Assembly (NCBI RefSeq): GCF_001447785.1
Contig: NW_015172561.1
Coordinates: 619,911-683,910 of the forward strand
Direction: 5' to 3'
Source of the DNA: Gekko japonicus
Taxonomy: Eukaryota
Length of the DNA stretch: 64,000 nucleotides
In this document: piece by piece, positions 38,255 through 50,737 of the stretch
Position numbering within the stretch: the first letter of the stretch is position 1
Layout of the letters: each line of letters starts with the position of its first letter
Program-made: the position numbers and the translations under genes
Notes under the pieces: generated by a model
Told to the model about the DNA's origin: nothing
Seen by the model: the letters and a program-made list of their open reading frames with translations, nothing else
The model's database searches: none

Positions 38255-39306
38255 CACAGAATGTTAGAGTTGGACCTTGTAGGTCATCTAGTCCAACCCC
38301 TTCACTCTGCAGGAGTATAGCCAAAAGATAGCCCTACAACATACCCGAAAGATGGTCGTCCAGCCTCCGCTTGAAAAACAGAAGGCCACACCCCCTGACA
38401 TCACCGGAAGTGTGTCAGAAGGCCCGGCTACTTACCCTCCTGCTTCATCCTCATTCCCAAACGGAATGAGGATCGAAGCAGAGGGCGGGGTAAAGAAGGG
38501 GGCGGGGCTTCACCACGTGACCGCCCCGCCCCCTAGAGGTTCTCTTCCGGAGCTCCGTACCTGAGAGCTCCCCCCCGACTAGAGCCCTGCCTACAACATA
38601 CCTGAAAGATGGTCATCCAAACTCCTCTTGAAAACGTCCAGCGGAGCATCCACCACCTCCTGAGGCAGACTGTTCCACTGCTCAACCACTCTGACAGTTA
38701 GGAAGTTTCTCCTGATATTTAGTCAGTAACGACTCCCTTGTAATTTCCACCCATTAGATCTAGTCTTGCAATCTGGAGCAAGAGAGAATAGATCTGCTCC
38801 ATCTTCTACATGACAACCTTTCAGATACTTGAACACTGCAATCATGTCTCCTCTAAGCCTTCTCTTTCCCAGGCTAAACATACCCAACTCTTTCAGCCTT
38901 TCCTCATAAGACTTGGATTCCAACCCTCTCACCATTCTGGTTGCCCTCTTCTGGACATGCTCGAGCTTGTCAACATCCTTCCTAAAATGTGGTGCCCAAA
39001 ACTGGACATAGTACTCCAGGTGAGGCCTGACCATAGCAGAATAGAGCGGAACTACCACCTCCCTTGATCTGGACACAATGCTTCTGTTAATGCATCCCAA
39101 GATTGCATTAGCTTTCTTTGCAGTCACATCGCACTGCAGGCTCATGTTTAGCTTGTGATCAACCAGAACACCTAGATCCCTTTCACATGTGCTGCTGTCA
39201 AGCCAAGTCCCTCCCATTCTATATCTATGCCCTTGATTTTTTTTGTACCTAAGTGTAGGACTTTGCATTTATCTCTATTGAAATTCATTTTATTTGTCCC
39301 AGCCCA
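38255..39306 (-). mobile_element. CR1 LINE 3' region
   Basis: ERDLGVLVDHKLNMS..KKANAILGCINRSI..YSAMVRPHLEYYVQFWAPH in ORF 38723-39268. Confidence 0.95.
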
Positions 39307-40532
39307 CTGTTAGCAATCCCAATACATGGAGCACATGCATTGTTGCGCTTTCAGAAAGCAACCTGAGAGTCAAGCCTAGCACTAGTCCAGACCCCAGAGC
39401 AGTGCCACCACCAGACTATACAAGTGCTGGGAAGAAGTATGTGCTGGCTGAATAAAATTCCATGGACACTCCAGTTTTGGATGATTGAGACCTGAAGCTC
39501 TCAGCTGACTTTCCCACTGGATATAAGTCACTGAGCTGCATTTGTTGATGGAGTAGCTCACATTAACTTACAGCCAGACTGCCTTACTCAGACCTGTTTT
39601 GTGGTACCCCTCTGGGCCATACTGTGCTATGTCTTTTGCAAACTAGATGTGAGGTCTTGAGGCTAATTTTCTTCCTGCATCCTCTGTTACAGCTCCCCTA
39701 AAGAGTCAGAGCAATATATGACTTACAAAGGAAAGATGCCACTATTCCTTTGCTAACAGCTGTATTTGTCTGTTTGAATGGGGCAATAAAAGTCTGCAAG
39801 CAATGTAGCAAATAACATATTTGCAGATAGATGAAGACGATAACTTTGAGAGTGGAAAATATAGATACTATGATGCTTCTCATGAGATAACCCAAAGCAG
39901 ATTGTAACACACACATCCAGTTTTTTTTAGAATAATGAAACCCACAGAGCCTTCTGCAAAACACATCATTAAATATCATGCTCTGGAAATGATTTTAAAC
40001 TAAACACATTTTAAAACATTTAGATTATTTTAATAAAAAACATTACATCCTAATAGCCTAATCATAATCTTGTGTCTCAAAAGAGTAACTCCAAGCATTT
40101 TGCAAAGCTTCATTTCACATTAGATAATGTAGAGAGGACTGACTCCCTGACATTAATTTTCCACATGTGAGGGTTTTTTCATTTGCTTGGAGGATTCTTC
40201 ACATATGTCACCTGTCTACTACTCTGAAGGGATACATGGAGCAAAGGGCTGGATCACATGGCAATTCTATACATGTAATTCACCTCCTATAGTCTTTAGT
40301 TTAGGCTTCCCATCTCATTGGCTTTGGCTAGGGATTAACTGAGTCACATAATAATTAGTTGCTTCATAATGCTTCAAAAGGCAGTCTTAATATATTCTGT
40401 AAACTAACATTACTTCTCATACATTGTAAGCTTGCTTATACATTACAAATGTTTAACTTTTTGACAATATGAATCCATATCCTAACATATAGGATAAACA
40501 GGCACATTAAGAATGCCAAACCCCAGTTAAAG

Positions 40533-40732
40533 CAAGCCCGTAGCCAGGATTTTTAAAGTTGGGGGGCATTTAAATTTCTTAGGGGGCACTGGCTAATAGA
40601 ATTAAAGGAATACCTGGCTTTCCCCCCGCACCTGCTGCCACTCGGGGCCCTGTGTTGTATGGGAAGTTGTGGGGCCTTGCTAGTAAATCAGGGGGCCTAG
40701 CCCCAAGATGCCCCACTGTAGCTACAGGCCTG
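40533..40732. mobile_element. hAT MITE, 200 bp, with 8-bp TSD
   Basis: TIR CAAGCCCGTAGC / GCTACAGGCCTG; TSD AGTTAAAG. Confidence 0.88.
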
Positions 40733-41528
40733 AGTTAAAGGATTTCAATCTGCAAGAGGGTGTGTTCCATTCAGACATAGAAGTCAGCTCCTGAATAGTG
40801 TTAGTGAAGTTCTTTATGAATTGATGGGTGAGTGTCATTTTTAGGCATCCAGGTTATACATAGTAAATTGTACATATTAATAACAGGATTTCTTATTAGA
40901 TGTTTATGCAAGCGGTTCTTGAGAAAGAGGAATTTGAAACGGAAGGAGACATCCATGCCTATCCGTTGGATCTCAATTAAGCTGAAAGCAAAGACTTACT
41001 TTCTACATTATAAAGAACTTTCTGTAATTTTCATGAAAGAAGATTGTTCTTAAAAAGTGCGTTGTAAAGAGTGAACTGTGACAAAAAATGTACCAAAATA
41101 CCCCATTGATGTTATATATTGTTTGCCTTTTTGTTGAGGATTCTTTATGTCAGTGGACTAGTCATTTAGATCACATATGTATGGATTCATCTCCTCAAAG
41201 TTAAAAATTTAAAATGGATAAGCAAGCTATTACAATGTATGAGAAGTAATGTTACTTTACAGAATATATTAAGACTGCCTTTTTAATGCGGTGTTTGGTA
41301 GTTCATTTTGGGTGTTACTCCTGGCATTCTCTGTTTGTATTTTCAAAACCATGTACAGCAGTTCTGGCCTTCTGACTGTGTGTCATTACCATCTCAAGCA
41401 AAAGTAGTGTTTTTCCATGCTACTGGAGTGCATGACAATCAAAATTTGTGATGGTTCTCAAGAATCTTAAGCCTACAGTTAGGGGGTTTATGCATCTATC
41501 TGGCCCTAAGCAGGCAGCTGATGCATAA

Positions 41529-41711
41529 TCAGGGCTCTTTTTGTAGCAGGAACTCCTTTGCATATTAGGCGACACACCCCTAATGTAGCCAATCCTCCAA
41601 GAGCTTACAGAGCTCTTCTTATAAGGGCTACTGTAAGCTCTTGGAGGATTGGCTACATTAGGGATGTGTTGCCTGATATGCAAAGGTGTTCCTGCTACAA
41701 AAAGAGCCTTG
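41529..41711. mobile_element. Fully palindromic hAT-like MITE
   Basis: CAGGGCTCTTTTTGTAGCAGGAAC...GTTCCTGCTACAAAAAGAGCCTTG with arms of ~80 bp; related to 13568-13962. Confidence 0.85.
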
Positions 41712-41721
41712 CATGGAGTCA

Positions 41722-41870
41722 GGTTGTCCCTCCCCCTCACTACATTGTGGCCCTAGATAGGTTATTCGCTACTGTGGTGTAGCACCCTGTGAACTGCTCT
41801 GAGACCCATTAGGGGTTACGAGCGGTATACGAATCACATGTAAATAAATAAATAAAATAAATAAATAAAT
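41722..41870 (+). mobile_element. L2-type 3' tail related to the 5629-6090 element, ending in (TAAA)n
   Basis: CATTGTGGCCCTAG..TAGCACCC..TGTGAACTGCTCTGAG..GCGGTATA. Confidence 0.6.
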
Positions 41871-43157
41871 ATGCCCAATAATCTTGTTGACTGATACTTT
41901 ATCTTTTGTTTCCTATATGCACTGGGCTGTACAAATTCGGCCTTTCCCCTGCAATTTCTTCTTTAGCGCTGACCATCAAACCAGCCCCTTACATGAGGGA
42001 CACTAATGCACCGAATTGTGACAGTCAGTTTCTTAGGCAAAAAAAAAAAGTATTTGGATGTTCCTGTTATGGGGAACAGTTTATCTTATGGCTCCATATA
42101 TTCTGCATTTTTACATGACATAGAAAAAATATCACTTTTCATTTTGTTTTGTTTTTAAATTCCCAGGCCTTAAGTTATGACTTAGAATATATACATTAAA
42201 GTGTGTGCACAAAACCTGGTGAAATCTCAGATGAAGATTTCCAATGATTAAGAGATTCAGAGGCTTTGCCGTATCACAAGACCAGTAGAAGCAGAATAAT
42301 CAAGTAAATATAATATTATGCTGATATTCTTAGTGTATAATTGATATAGGCTGTTGTGAAATTTAGTATTTTCAGAAGTTTTTCTTGCAGCAGAATTTAA
42401 CTTGCTTTGGCACATGTTTTTAAATTTAGCATATACCGGCATTTATTGTAGTTCCAGTAGATGAATAGATCCTGCAGATTTCGTAGGCTATAGTTATTTT
42501 CATCAACTATCTAGATATTTTCTTTTCTGGTAAGTGTATCTTTTTTCTTATTTCCAAACTTCTTCATCCCCTCCCCCGCTGCTGTTTTCTTAATTTAATT
42601 TTCAGGTCCATAATAGCTTTATAAATCCTTAGCAGATATTGCTTGCACAAATGTGCTATGCTCCATAAAGCTGTACAGTATGATTTTTTTCCCCGGACTT
42701 CTATTTCTGAGATGGTAGGAGTCATGTAGAGTCAATAAGAAAGCCAATAAGTGCTTTCACATCTCTGAAAGTACTAAAGAATGGATTTGGCATTCTGATT
42801 TGCTGGCACAGATTGGTTGGAATGGGACATATAGTCTAACAGATTCTGATTAACATATTTGTGAGGTAGAATGCTACCTACATAAGTACAATCAAGGTTG
42901 TTTCATTGTCCAGATGCATACAGAGATTTCAAGTTCCACAACTGTGGGGTTAGCAATAATGTGGCTTGGTTCTGAGTTGCTTGTGATGTTATATACAACA
43001 ACACTGATTTAAGATAGTAGAACTGAAGGTAGGATCTGCATTATTTGAACTTAGTTCCCCATCTGGAAGTGTGTAATTCCTTGCCAAACGATTCCTATGC
43101 TCCACAATAGATTCACTTGTATCCCATCTCTAGCTCTAGGCATCACATGGTTTGAGA

Positions 43158-44125
43158 TAATAATAATTGGATTTATAAATCTCCCATCCTGCAAGCAGGC
43201 TCTGGGAGATTTACAACCTCAGAATATTTAAAATACAATGGAGATATAATTAAAATTATCACAGTAAAACAGTAAATTATAAATTCAATTCAATCCAAGA
43301 TGGCATAATAGTCCTCCTTTGCTGGCCACATCGCTGTCCCACATGGCAGGGCAGGGAAGGGTATGTGGTAGGGTTGCCAAATCAAAATTGGCCGGGAGCG
43401 GGGGGCTCCCAGCCGGCGTCCTCTCCGCGCGCGCCGCGTCCGTGTCACCTGGAAGTGACGTCGGACGCTGGGGGCGGAGCCACGCCCTTTGAGGGGAAAA
43501 CAAAGAGTTTTCCCCTCAAATGGCGTGGCTCCGCCCCCAGCGTCCGACGTCACTTCCGGGTGACGTGGATGCGGGGGGCGCGCGCTTCAGGAGTGAACTA
43601 TGTGGGGGCCATATTAGAAAAAGAGAGGGTGCCAGTCCTAACCTCCCATTGCTGCCCTCAACTAAAAGCCCAATGGAACATCTCTGCCTTACAGGCCCTG
43701 TGGAATTGCATCAAATCCCTCAGAGCCCTTATGTTATTTGGCAGAGAGTCCCACCAGGTCAGGGCCAGGACTGAAATGACCCTGGCCCTAGTCAAGGACA
43801 GCTGGATCTCCTTAGGGCCAGGGATCACCAGCAAGTTGTTATCAGCCAATCTCAGCATTCTTTGGGGGACATATTGGAGGAGACAGTGCCAAAGGTCCGT
43901 GGGTCCCTGACTGTTCAAGGCCTTGAAAGTCAAAACTAATACCTTGAACCTGACTCAGTATTCCACCAGTAACCAGTGTAGCTGGCGCAGCACAGGTCGT
44001 ATATGTACTGTCCATGGCATTCCCATCAGGACTTGCACTGCCACGTTCTGGACCAGTTGGAGCTTCTGGGTCAGTCTCAAGGGCAGACCAGCATACAGGG
44101 AGTTACAGTAGTCCTGCCTGGTTAG
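43158..44125 (-). mobile_element. L2 LINE 3' fragment with an internal CpG-rich insertion
   Basis: DYCNSLYAGLPL..LQLVQN..LRQLHWL; TFKALNSQGP..WWDSLP. Confidence 0.88.
43369..43590. mobile_element. hAT-like fragment containing a long CpG-rich palindrome
   Basis: Starts TAGGGTTGCCA; inverted arms at 43434-43501 and 43507-43574. Confidence 0.7.
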
Positions 44126-44567
44126 GTCAGGGCATGGTTGGAAAGGGGCCAGCAGCCCTATGAATGTGTCATCATAGATCAAGTACTACAGGTGGAGCTC
44201 TTTTGTTACCGCGGGTATTCTACTTCTTAAAGGAGGAGGATGAACAACCACATCATCTTTGGATACTCCTGAGATGAAAAAGTAGTTCATCTTCAAGATT
44301 CAAGTGTAAGCAAATTTAGCATTGAAAGGAATACAAGAAAAATCCCAGACAAATGAAACCCTTCAATAAAGTCTGTATATTTCCAATGCATATGTAGGAG
44401 GACATACAGTGTAGGAGGGCTGGTGTACTCTGTACACTGATAGTGTTTAAAATAATTTTCAAGCTGTGAAAGTCTTTATTGATCCGTTGATAATTTAAAA
44501 ATATTTCATGTACAGTAAGATAGACCAGGTGTAACACATGCGGGGGGATTTGCATGATTTGCTAAAG

Positions 44568-44685
44568 GGGCTGTCACTCAGTTGCAGAGCATCCACCTAG
44601 CATGCAAAATGTTCCAGGTTCAATCAGAGACTACTCAAAAATGACCTTGATAGACCAATGGTTTCACTCAGTATAAGGCGGCCTT
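44568..44685 (+). mobile_element. Squam2-like SINE, internally deleted
   Basis: tRNA-like head followed by the tail CTTGATAGACCAATGG..CAGTATAAGGC. Confidence 0.6.
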
Positions 44686-45064
44686 GTGTCTGCATATGAA
44701 GGTCCAGGATATGTTTTCACCCTACAGAAATGTGGCTCTTGAACTCTTAATGTTCTACATTTTCTCCCTCAAATGTAGTTGTACTTATCCATATATGTTT
44801 GTTTGAACATTTTTATATTTTAGAGTTTATATCATAGGCTTCTGGGTTAGACTGAAAGGTGACAGTGACCCTGGAGCAAGCCATGCTGAGTAGCCTCTGT
44901 GATACTAGCTAGTGCTGCAAGCCACTCATCAGTTCAGTGGTGCCAACAGTGAGCATTTGGTCACCTGTTGCTTCCTCCCACAAACTGATGGCAATGCAGG
45001 AAGAGGTGACTGGTGGACTGACACCAATCAATGTTACTGCTGAAGGCTCCAAGCCAAGTGACCC

Positions 45065-46600
45065 TGTGAGGCAAAGCGCCCTAGTTTCTCTCAAGGGTTA
45101 ATGTGATTATTAAAAGACTTGGTCTGGCCTGCAGGTGTTCCTAATTTGGGCCTTCCTACAGTTACTACCTCCTGCCAACCTAGTAGTTCGAAAGCAAGAA
45201 ATTGCAAGTAGATAAATAGGTACCACTACAGTGGGAAGGTAACAGCGTTCTGTGCACCTTGGTGTTTAGTCATGCCGGCCACATGACCACGGAAATGTCT
45301 TTGGACAGCGCTGGCTCTTCGGCTTTGAAACGGAGATGAGCACCGCAACCCTAGAGTCGGATTCGACTGGCTTTCGAGCAGGGGAACCTTTACCTTACAG
45401 TTACTATTCTTATCTCTTTCAAGGCTGGATTATAAATGAGGTAATTGGTTAATTACAAGAACCTCTGCTGGTCATATGGCCAGAAGGGAGGGGGGAATTA
45501 GGAATGGTTGATAACAGCCTCTGGAAAGTTCCATCAAAGGGGACTGTCAGGGTGGGGACCACAGGAACCCCCATGATTTGGCCCAAGGAATGATCAGAGG
45601 AGCCCCAGGGGTGGCCCGACAGCCAGCAGGCAATCCTCTCCAAGGCTTCAGGGAGGGTCCAGGCATTTTGCCTCATCAGCCATGGAGGGGTGGTCTGTCT
45701 CAAAAAGGAGGGAACTGGGGTCACCCAGGAAGTTGGGCTCGCCGGCAGGAAAGTGACAGAGAACAAGAGAGATGGTCTTGGTTCACAGTCGGGGAGGTTG
45801 TTAAGATCGGGTGGGAGCACCTCGTCGGAGGAGTGGGGTGAATAAGGGTGGAGCTCTGGGAAACCAGGGAGGATTGCGGAAACCTGAGCAGGAAGCGCCG
45901 AGGGGGGAGAAGCAGGCAGCTGCCCAATCCACCCAAGACGCTGACCAGGGATGCTGTCGAGGGAAAGAGAAACGAATGTCTCACCCGACAACATCTGAGG
46001 TGACCACACTGCCAACCTATTCTCCCGTGCTCCGCTATTGCTCCCACCCGATCGCTAAGACAAACCCCACAAAGTCTGACAGGGACCTATGACTGGAGCA
46101 TTAAGACCATCTGATCTCTGGAGGCAAAAGGCTATAATTAGGGTACAGACCAGAGGGAAGCTATGCTAACTTTACGCTTGTGCCATGCTAGTACGCTTTG
46201 ATATGTTATGCTACATCATAATGGATGGCTACTTATAGAATGCTTTGGGCTGTAGCTTAGACTCCTATGCTGCAAGAAGGTGTGTCATCTAATACTAGGT
46301 ACTGAATGTATTAGATACAGGGGTCATTTCCTGCGGGAGTGCTGCAAGAAGGTGTGCCATCTAATGCTAGGTACTGAATGTATTAGATAAGAAAGCTTTA
46401 AAAAAAGTCTTTGCTGCTAAGTGGTAGGCACTGTACTGCCTAATGATATTCCTTTTTTTTACTGTTCAGTAAACCCTTATAGTATTTTACAAAGGTCTGC
46501 TTTATTTGTGTGCATTTCACCTCAAGGACGCACAGGGCTGGGTGCTACTCAAGTAAAAAGGAGTGGTGACCCAGGGGGACCTGGGCTTGGGTTCTCGACA
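45065..46600 (+). mobile_element. Long solo LTR (~1.3 kb net) with 5-bp TSD
   Basis: TGT...ACA termini; GACCC at 45060-45064 and 46601-46605; internal ~49-bp duplication at 46269-46389. Confidence 0.8.
45168..45395 (+). mobile_element. Sauria SINE, 5'-truncated, inside the LTR
   Basis: Matches 50514-50737; flanked by the direct repeat TACAGTTACTA. Confidence 0.9.
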
Positions 46601-46849
46601 GACCCTTATGCATTGGAAGAGTTTCTGGCACTTTGCTTGCTCCTGGACCCCAGTGGTCCTATAAGACCGTGGCCATTGGGGAATTTCCTTTGAAGCTAAA
46701 AGGCCTGTTCACCCCCAAGAAGTATTAAACACCATACTGGGCTGTGGTTGGAGTGTTGTTTTTGTTGTTGTTCCGATCATCTTTCACTAACATTTAGTAA
46801 TTACGGTACCATATCCAGCATTTTAAGAGTTACTCCATCAGTATTTAGA

Positions 46850-47460
46850 GTAGGAATTTTGAGTTTAGGTCCTGAGGTTTCCATGAAGTAAGACCCTATA
46901 CTCCAATCATAGATCCTTTTCTTCCCTTCTTGTGTAAAGTTAAAATAATACCAATACATCAGCAATGTTTTTTGAAAGAGTTTATTTTTAGAAACGATGA
47001 GCAAACTTACAGGAATGGCAAGGAAAACCAAGGGGAGAAAGAGCTTGCCTGTACACAATTTGTTGTCTTAGTACAAAATCAAATTTAATCTAGGTATAAT
47101 GGATTTAAGCCTATGATCCCCAAGCAGAATATATTACTCAGGAGTGGCAAAACTCCGACTCTACTGCCAAGTTCACTGCTGAATCATTTAGAGAATGGCT
47201 TGGTGCCCAAGACTCAATTTATGTGGTAAGTATTCCTTTCTTCCCTCTAAATACTCCTTATTTAAAAGTATTCACATTCCACCAAATTTCTGTTTTCGCT
47301 ATGCCCCAATTATGGCTTCATTAAGTTTATCCTCCCCTTCTGCATTTGCTAGTATTGATGCTTCACATCAAAGTATCAAAAGTGGTTCATGCAATGATCT
47401 ATGTTAGCATCGGAATAATTCATGTTTCTCTAGTATAATGGGCAGCTCTTGAGAACACCG
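46850..47460 (-). mobile_element. Very old L1/Tx1 ORF2 relic
   Basis: GVLKSCPL (compare RQGCPLS) and FLAIPV...QEGKKRI (compare FQAIP...WQGKKPRI). Confidence 0.3.
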
Positions 47461-48594
47461 CTAAAATATGGAAAGTGGCTTGAGAAAAATAATGAGAAGA
47501 AAAATAAACTTTGGAATAAAATACTAAACAGGTTTTCTGTTTGTTTTTACAGTGCAGTACTAAACAGTTATACCTTTCTAACCCCACTGACTTGAAACTG
47601 AATGCTAGCCTAGATATGGAGGGACTCCTGTAGAACTTTTGTTCTTAGGCGTCAGGACCCCTCTTCCCCAGTGATTCTACAACAGCAGCTGATATGTATC
47701 GATGTTCATCTCACTGAACATTGCATTTTGAAAGCCAGTCTCCCCCATCATTGCTAGATGCCACAAAATAATCCCCAATAGAACAACATCTAAATAGCTT
47801 GAGCCGTTTTATTCAAATGACCTTTTTTCTCAAAATGCAATGATCTGTGTGGTTTATAAGGCCTTCACAATGTGAAATTTACTGCTGTACCTGTCAATTT
47901 CCTGTGGAAATGCAGGAACTGAATCTGATGTATCATCAAGCAACTTCATTTGAAATTCTTTGCTTAAACTCTGAAACAGTAAGAGATGTCATAGCAAGGA
48001 GAAAGCAGAAAACAGACATCTAACAAAATATTCCCAAACCATATTTAATACAATTGCAAAACAGTATATGAGACATGAAGTATGTCTGTTGATCAGAGGT
48101 CAATTTTCGGTTTGTGACCACATTAGAATCGGACAATGCACGATAAGAATGACCTTGCTGTGCCAAATCAGAATTCTATTTCTAACAGTGGCATGCCGAA
48201 AGGCTCTTGCCTCTTTTAAGGAAGGCATGGTGCTGATAGTCATTTCTTTTATTTGGTCTTACCATCAGATGCATGCTGCCTGTGGTCATAGGCTCTGCTT
48301 ATATGTAATAGCTATTGACAGACCTTTCCTCTATGTATATTTAATCCTATTTTTTAAAAAACAAAGAGAAACAGAGCTTCAAAAGATGCAAACAACATTG
48401 TGGTTTATTATAGCTCGACGTGTCTTCGTATCAAAGACTTCCTCGGGGCAATGGATTTCCTAGAACAAACTGCATAAAGCGCTCACACATTCCTGTAGCT
48501 TTTTCTAATGAATATATTTCTTCTAAGAAACACACTCCTTTGTATCTGAAGAAGAATCTGATTCAAAACCTGTTGGTCCATAATAAAAACAAAT

Positions 48595-48852
48595 GTCTGT
48601 ATATTTTTGAGACTTAACCTTCTCTTTTGTCTCCTGGATTGTTTCCTCCCCTCCTTGCAGTTTATTGTTCTTGGGGCCATGAAGCCTACTGCCAGCATAA
48701 TCTCAATCTGTGTGTGAGAGAGAGAGAGAGAAGAGAGATTCTGTATATTTTTGAGACTTAACCTTCTATTTTGTCTCCTGGATTGTTTCCTCCCCTCTTT
48801 GCAGTTTATTGTTCTTGGGGCCATTAAGCCTACTGCCAGCATAATATCAATC

Positions 48853-48880
<28 letters not shown>
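48595..48880. repeat. Tandem duplication, 2 x ~146 bp, each ending in a TG/AG microsatellite
   Basis: TCTGTATATTTTTGAGACTTAACCTTCT...TCAATCTGTGTG occurs twice. Confidence 0.92.
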
Positions 48881-48883
<3 letters not shown>

Positions 48884-49104
48884 AGAGAGAGAAGAGAGAG
48901 AAGAGAATGAGATAAGAATAAAAGGGAGAATGAAGGAACAGGGTTGGAGGCTGAAGGTGGTGTGGCAGCTGGGCTTTCAGTTTATCCCATTCCTGGTGAC
49001 TCATTCCTACATTGAGTTTGGTCCACCAGAAGGAGAATGCTGATTTTATGCCTTTCTAGTTGGGTCTGTAGGTCAGTGATTTTTCTCTGCAATTCTTCAG
49101 AAAC

Positions 49105-49675
49105 TCCTATGAGGAAAGGTTGAAGGAGCTGGGTATGTTTAGCCTGGAGAGGAGACGACTGAGAGGTGAGATAATAACCATCTTCAAGTACCTGAAGGGC
49201 TGTCATATGGAGGATGGTGCAGAGTTGTTTTCTGTTGCCCCAGAAGGTCGAACCAGAACCAACGGGTTGAAATTAAATCAGAAGAGTTTTTGGCTAAACA
49301 TCAGGAAGAACTTCCGGACAGTTAGAGTGATTCCTCAGTGGAACAGGCTTCCTTGGGAAGTGGTGGGCACACCTTCTTTGGAGGTTTTCAAACAGAGGCA
49401 ATATGGATTCTGTGAACTTAGGCAGATCGTGAGAGGGAGGGCAGGAAGGGTTGCCTCAGTGCTTAGTTCTTGTGGCCCTTTTTTACATGCCTAGGGAAAT
49501 GTTGATTCCCACTTTGGGATCAGGAAGCAATCCTGGAGGGTTTTTTTTCATCTTCTGGGTGTGGAACTGTGGTCACTGGAAGTGTGGGGGGAGGTATTTG
49601 TGAATTTCCAGCATTGGCAGGGGGTTGGACTAGATGACCCCAGAGGTCCCTTCCAACTTTATGATTCTATGATTC
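49105..49675 (+). mobile_element. CR1 LINE 3' end (same subfamily as 30632-31372)
   Basis: LKELGMFSLERRRLRG..FKYLKG..WNRLP; ends ATGATTCTATGATT. Confidence 0.95.
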
Positions 49676-50393
49676 ATCTGGCATCTCCCCCCCCTCCTGT
49701 GATTTTCTCAACAGTAAGGGTAACCTCTGCTTATCAGCAACAAAATCACATCCATCCCTTCCACATTCATCCAGATGTGTCTGCATGACTCAAGAGGACT
49801 CTATTTACCTTGTCCTCAGTTCTAGCATTGACTTTTCTCTCATGCTCTTACCTTGTATCAACATTCCATGCATCTGCAAAGGCATGCTCCACAATGCTCT
49901 CATGACATGCTCATCATTTTTATTCCCACATGGCATGATTTTAGAGCAGTAATCCTCAAACAATTGACATGCCTGGCCAGTGTGATTCTCTCCCTTAAAA
50001 TACCCCAGCTTCCAGTCACAATCCCTTCTTCTGCACCAGTTTTCCTGATGTGATGGATGACTTGCTCTTCCTGACCAAGGAATCCGTAAGTCTAGTGCCC
50101 TTACACTAAATAATTTTCTTAATGCTTCTGAAATCTCCGGGTTGCTTCCAGGACTCTCCCGTCTGCAACTGATTACCTGGTGTCATTTCTGGTCTTGGAG
50201 TATGATGCTACACTAATGCTTTCCATCCAAAACAGCAGCAAAAGGGGCTTTTGACAAACATTGTTTTCTTTTGCCTGATTCTCAGAACAGCAAACATAGA
50301 ATACCTGGCCATTCTTTAGCAACAGCTCAACATTAGCAAGGCAACATGACATGAGACGTGTACTGCAATAAACTATTAAGTCTAAGGTATAGT

Positions 50394-50737
50394 GGAGCTG
50401 CGGTGGCTCAAGTGGTTAAGACGCTGAACTGCAGGCTGTGGAAGGTCAGTAGTTCAGCAGTTCGAGACCCGGGTGTGCCGCATGACGGAGTGAGCTCCCG
50501 TCTCTAGTTCCAGCTCCTGCCAACCTAGCAGTTCGAAAGCAAGAAATTGCAAGTAGATAAATAGGTACTACTTCGGTGGGAAGGTAACAGCGTTCTGTGC
50601 GCCTTGGTGTTTAGTCATGCCGGCCACATGACCACGGAAACGTCTTTGGACAACGCTGGCTCTTTGGCTTTGAAATGGAGATGAGCACCGCAACCCTAGA
50701 GTCGGATTCGACTGGCTTTCAAGCAAGGGAACCTTTT
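50394..50737 (+). mobile_element. Full-length Sauria SINE
   Basis: tRNA-like head GGTGGCTCAAGTGG / GTTCGAGAC, Sauria body and ACCTTT tail. Confidence 0.9.

Noticed and set aside
40890-40980. Acceptor-like TTATTAG followed by MFMQAVLEKEEFETEGDIHAYPLDLN*
   Set aside because: Weak polypyrimidine tract, no recognisable homology and no partner exons; RNA-seq would be needed.
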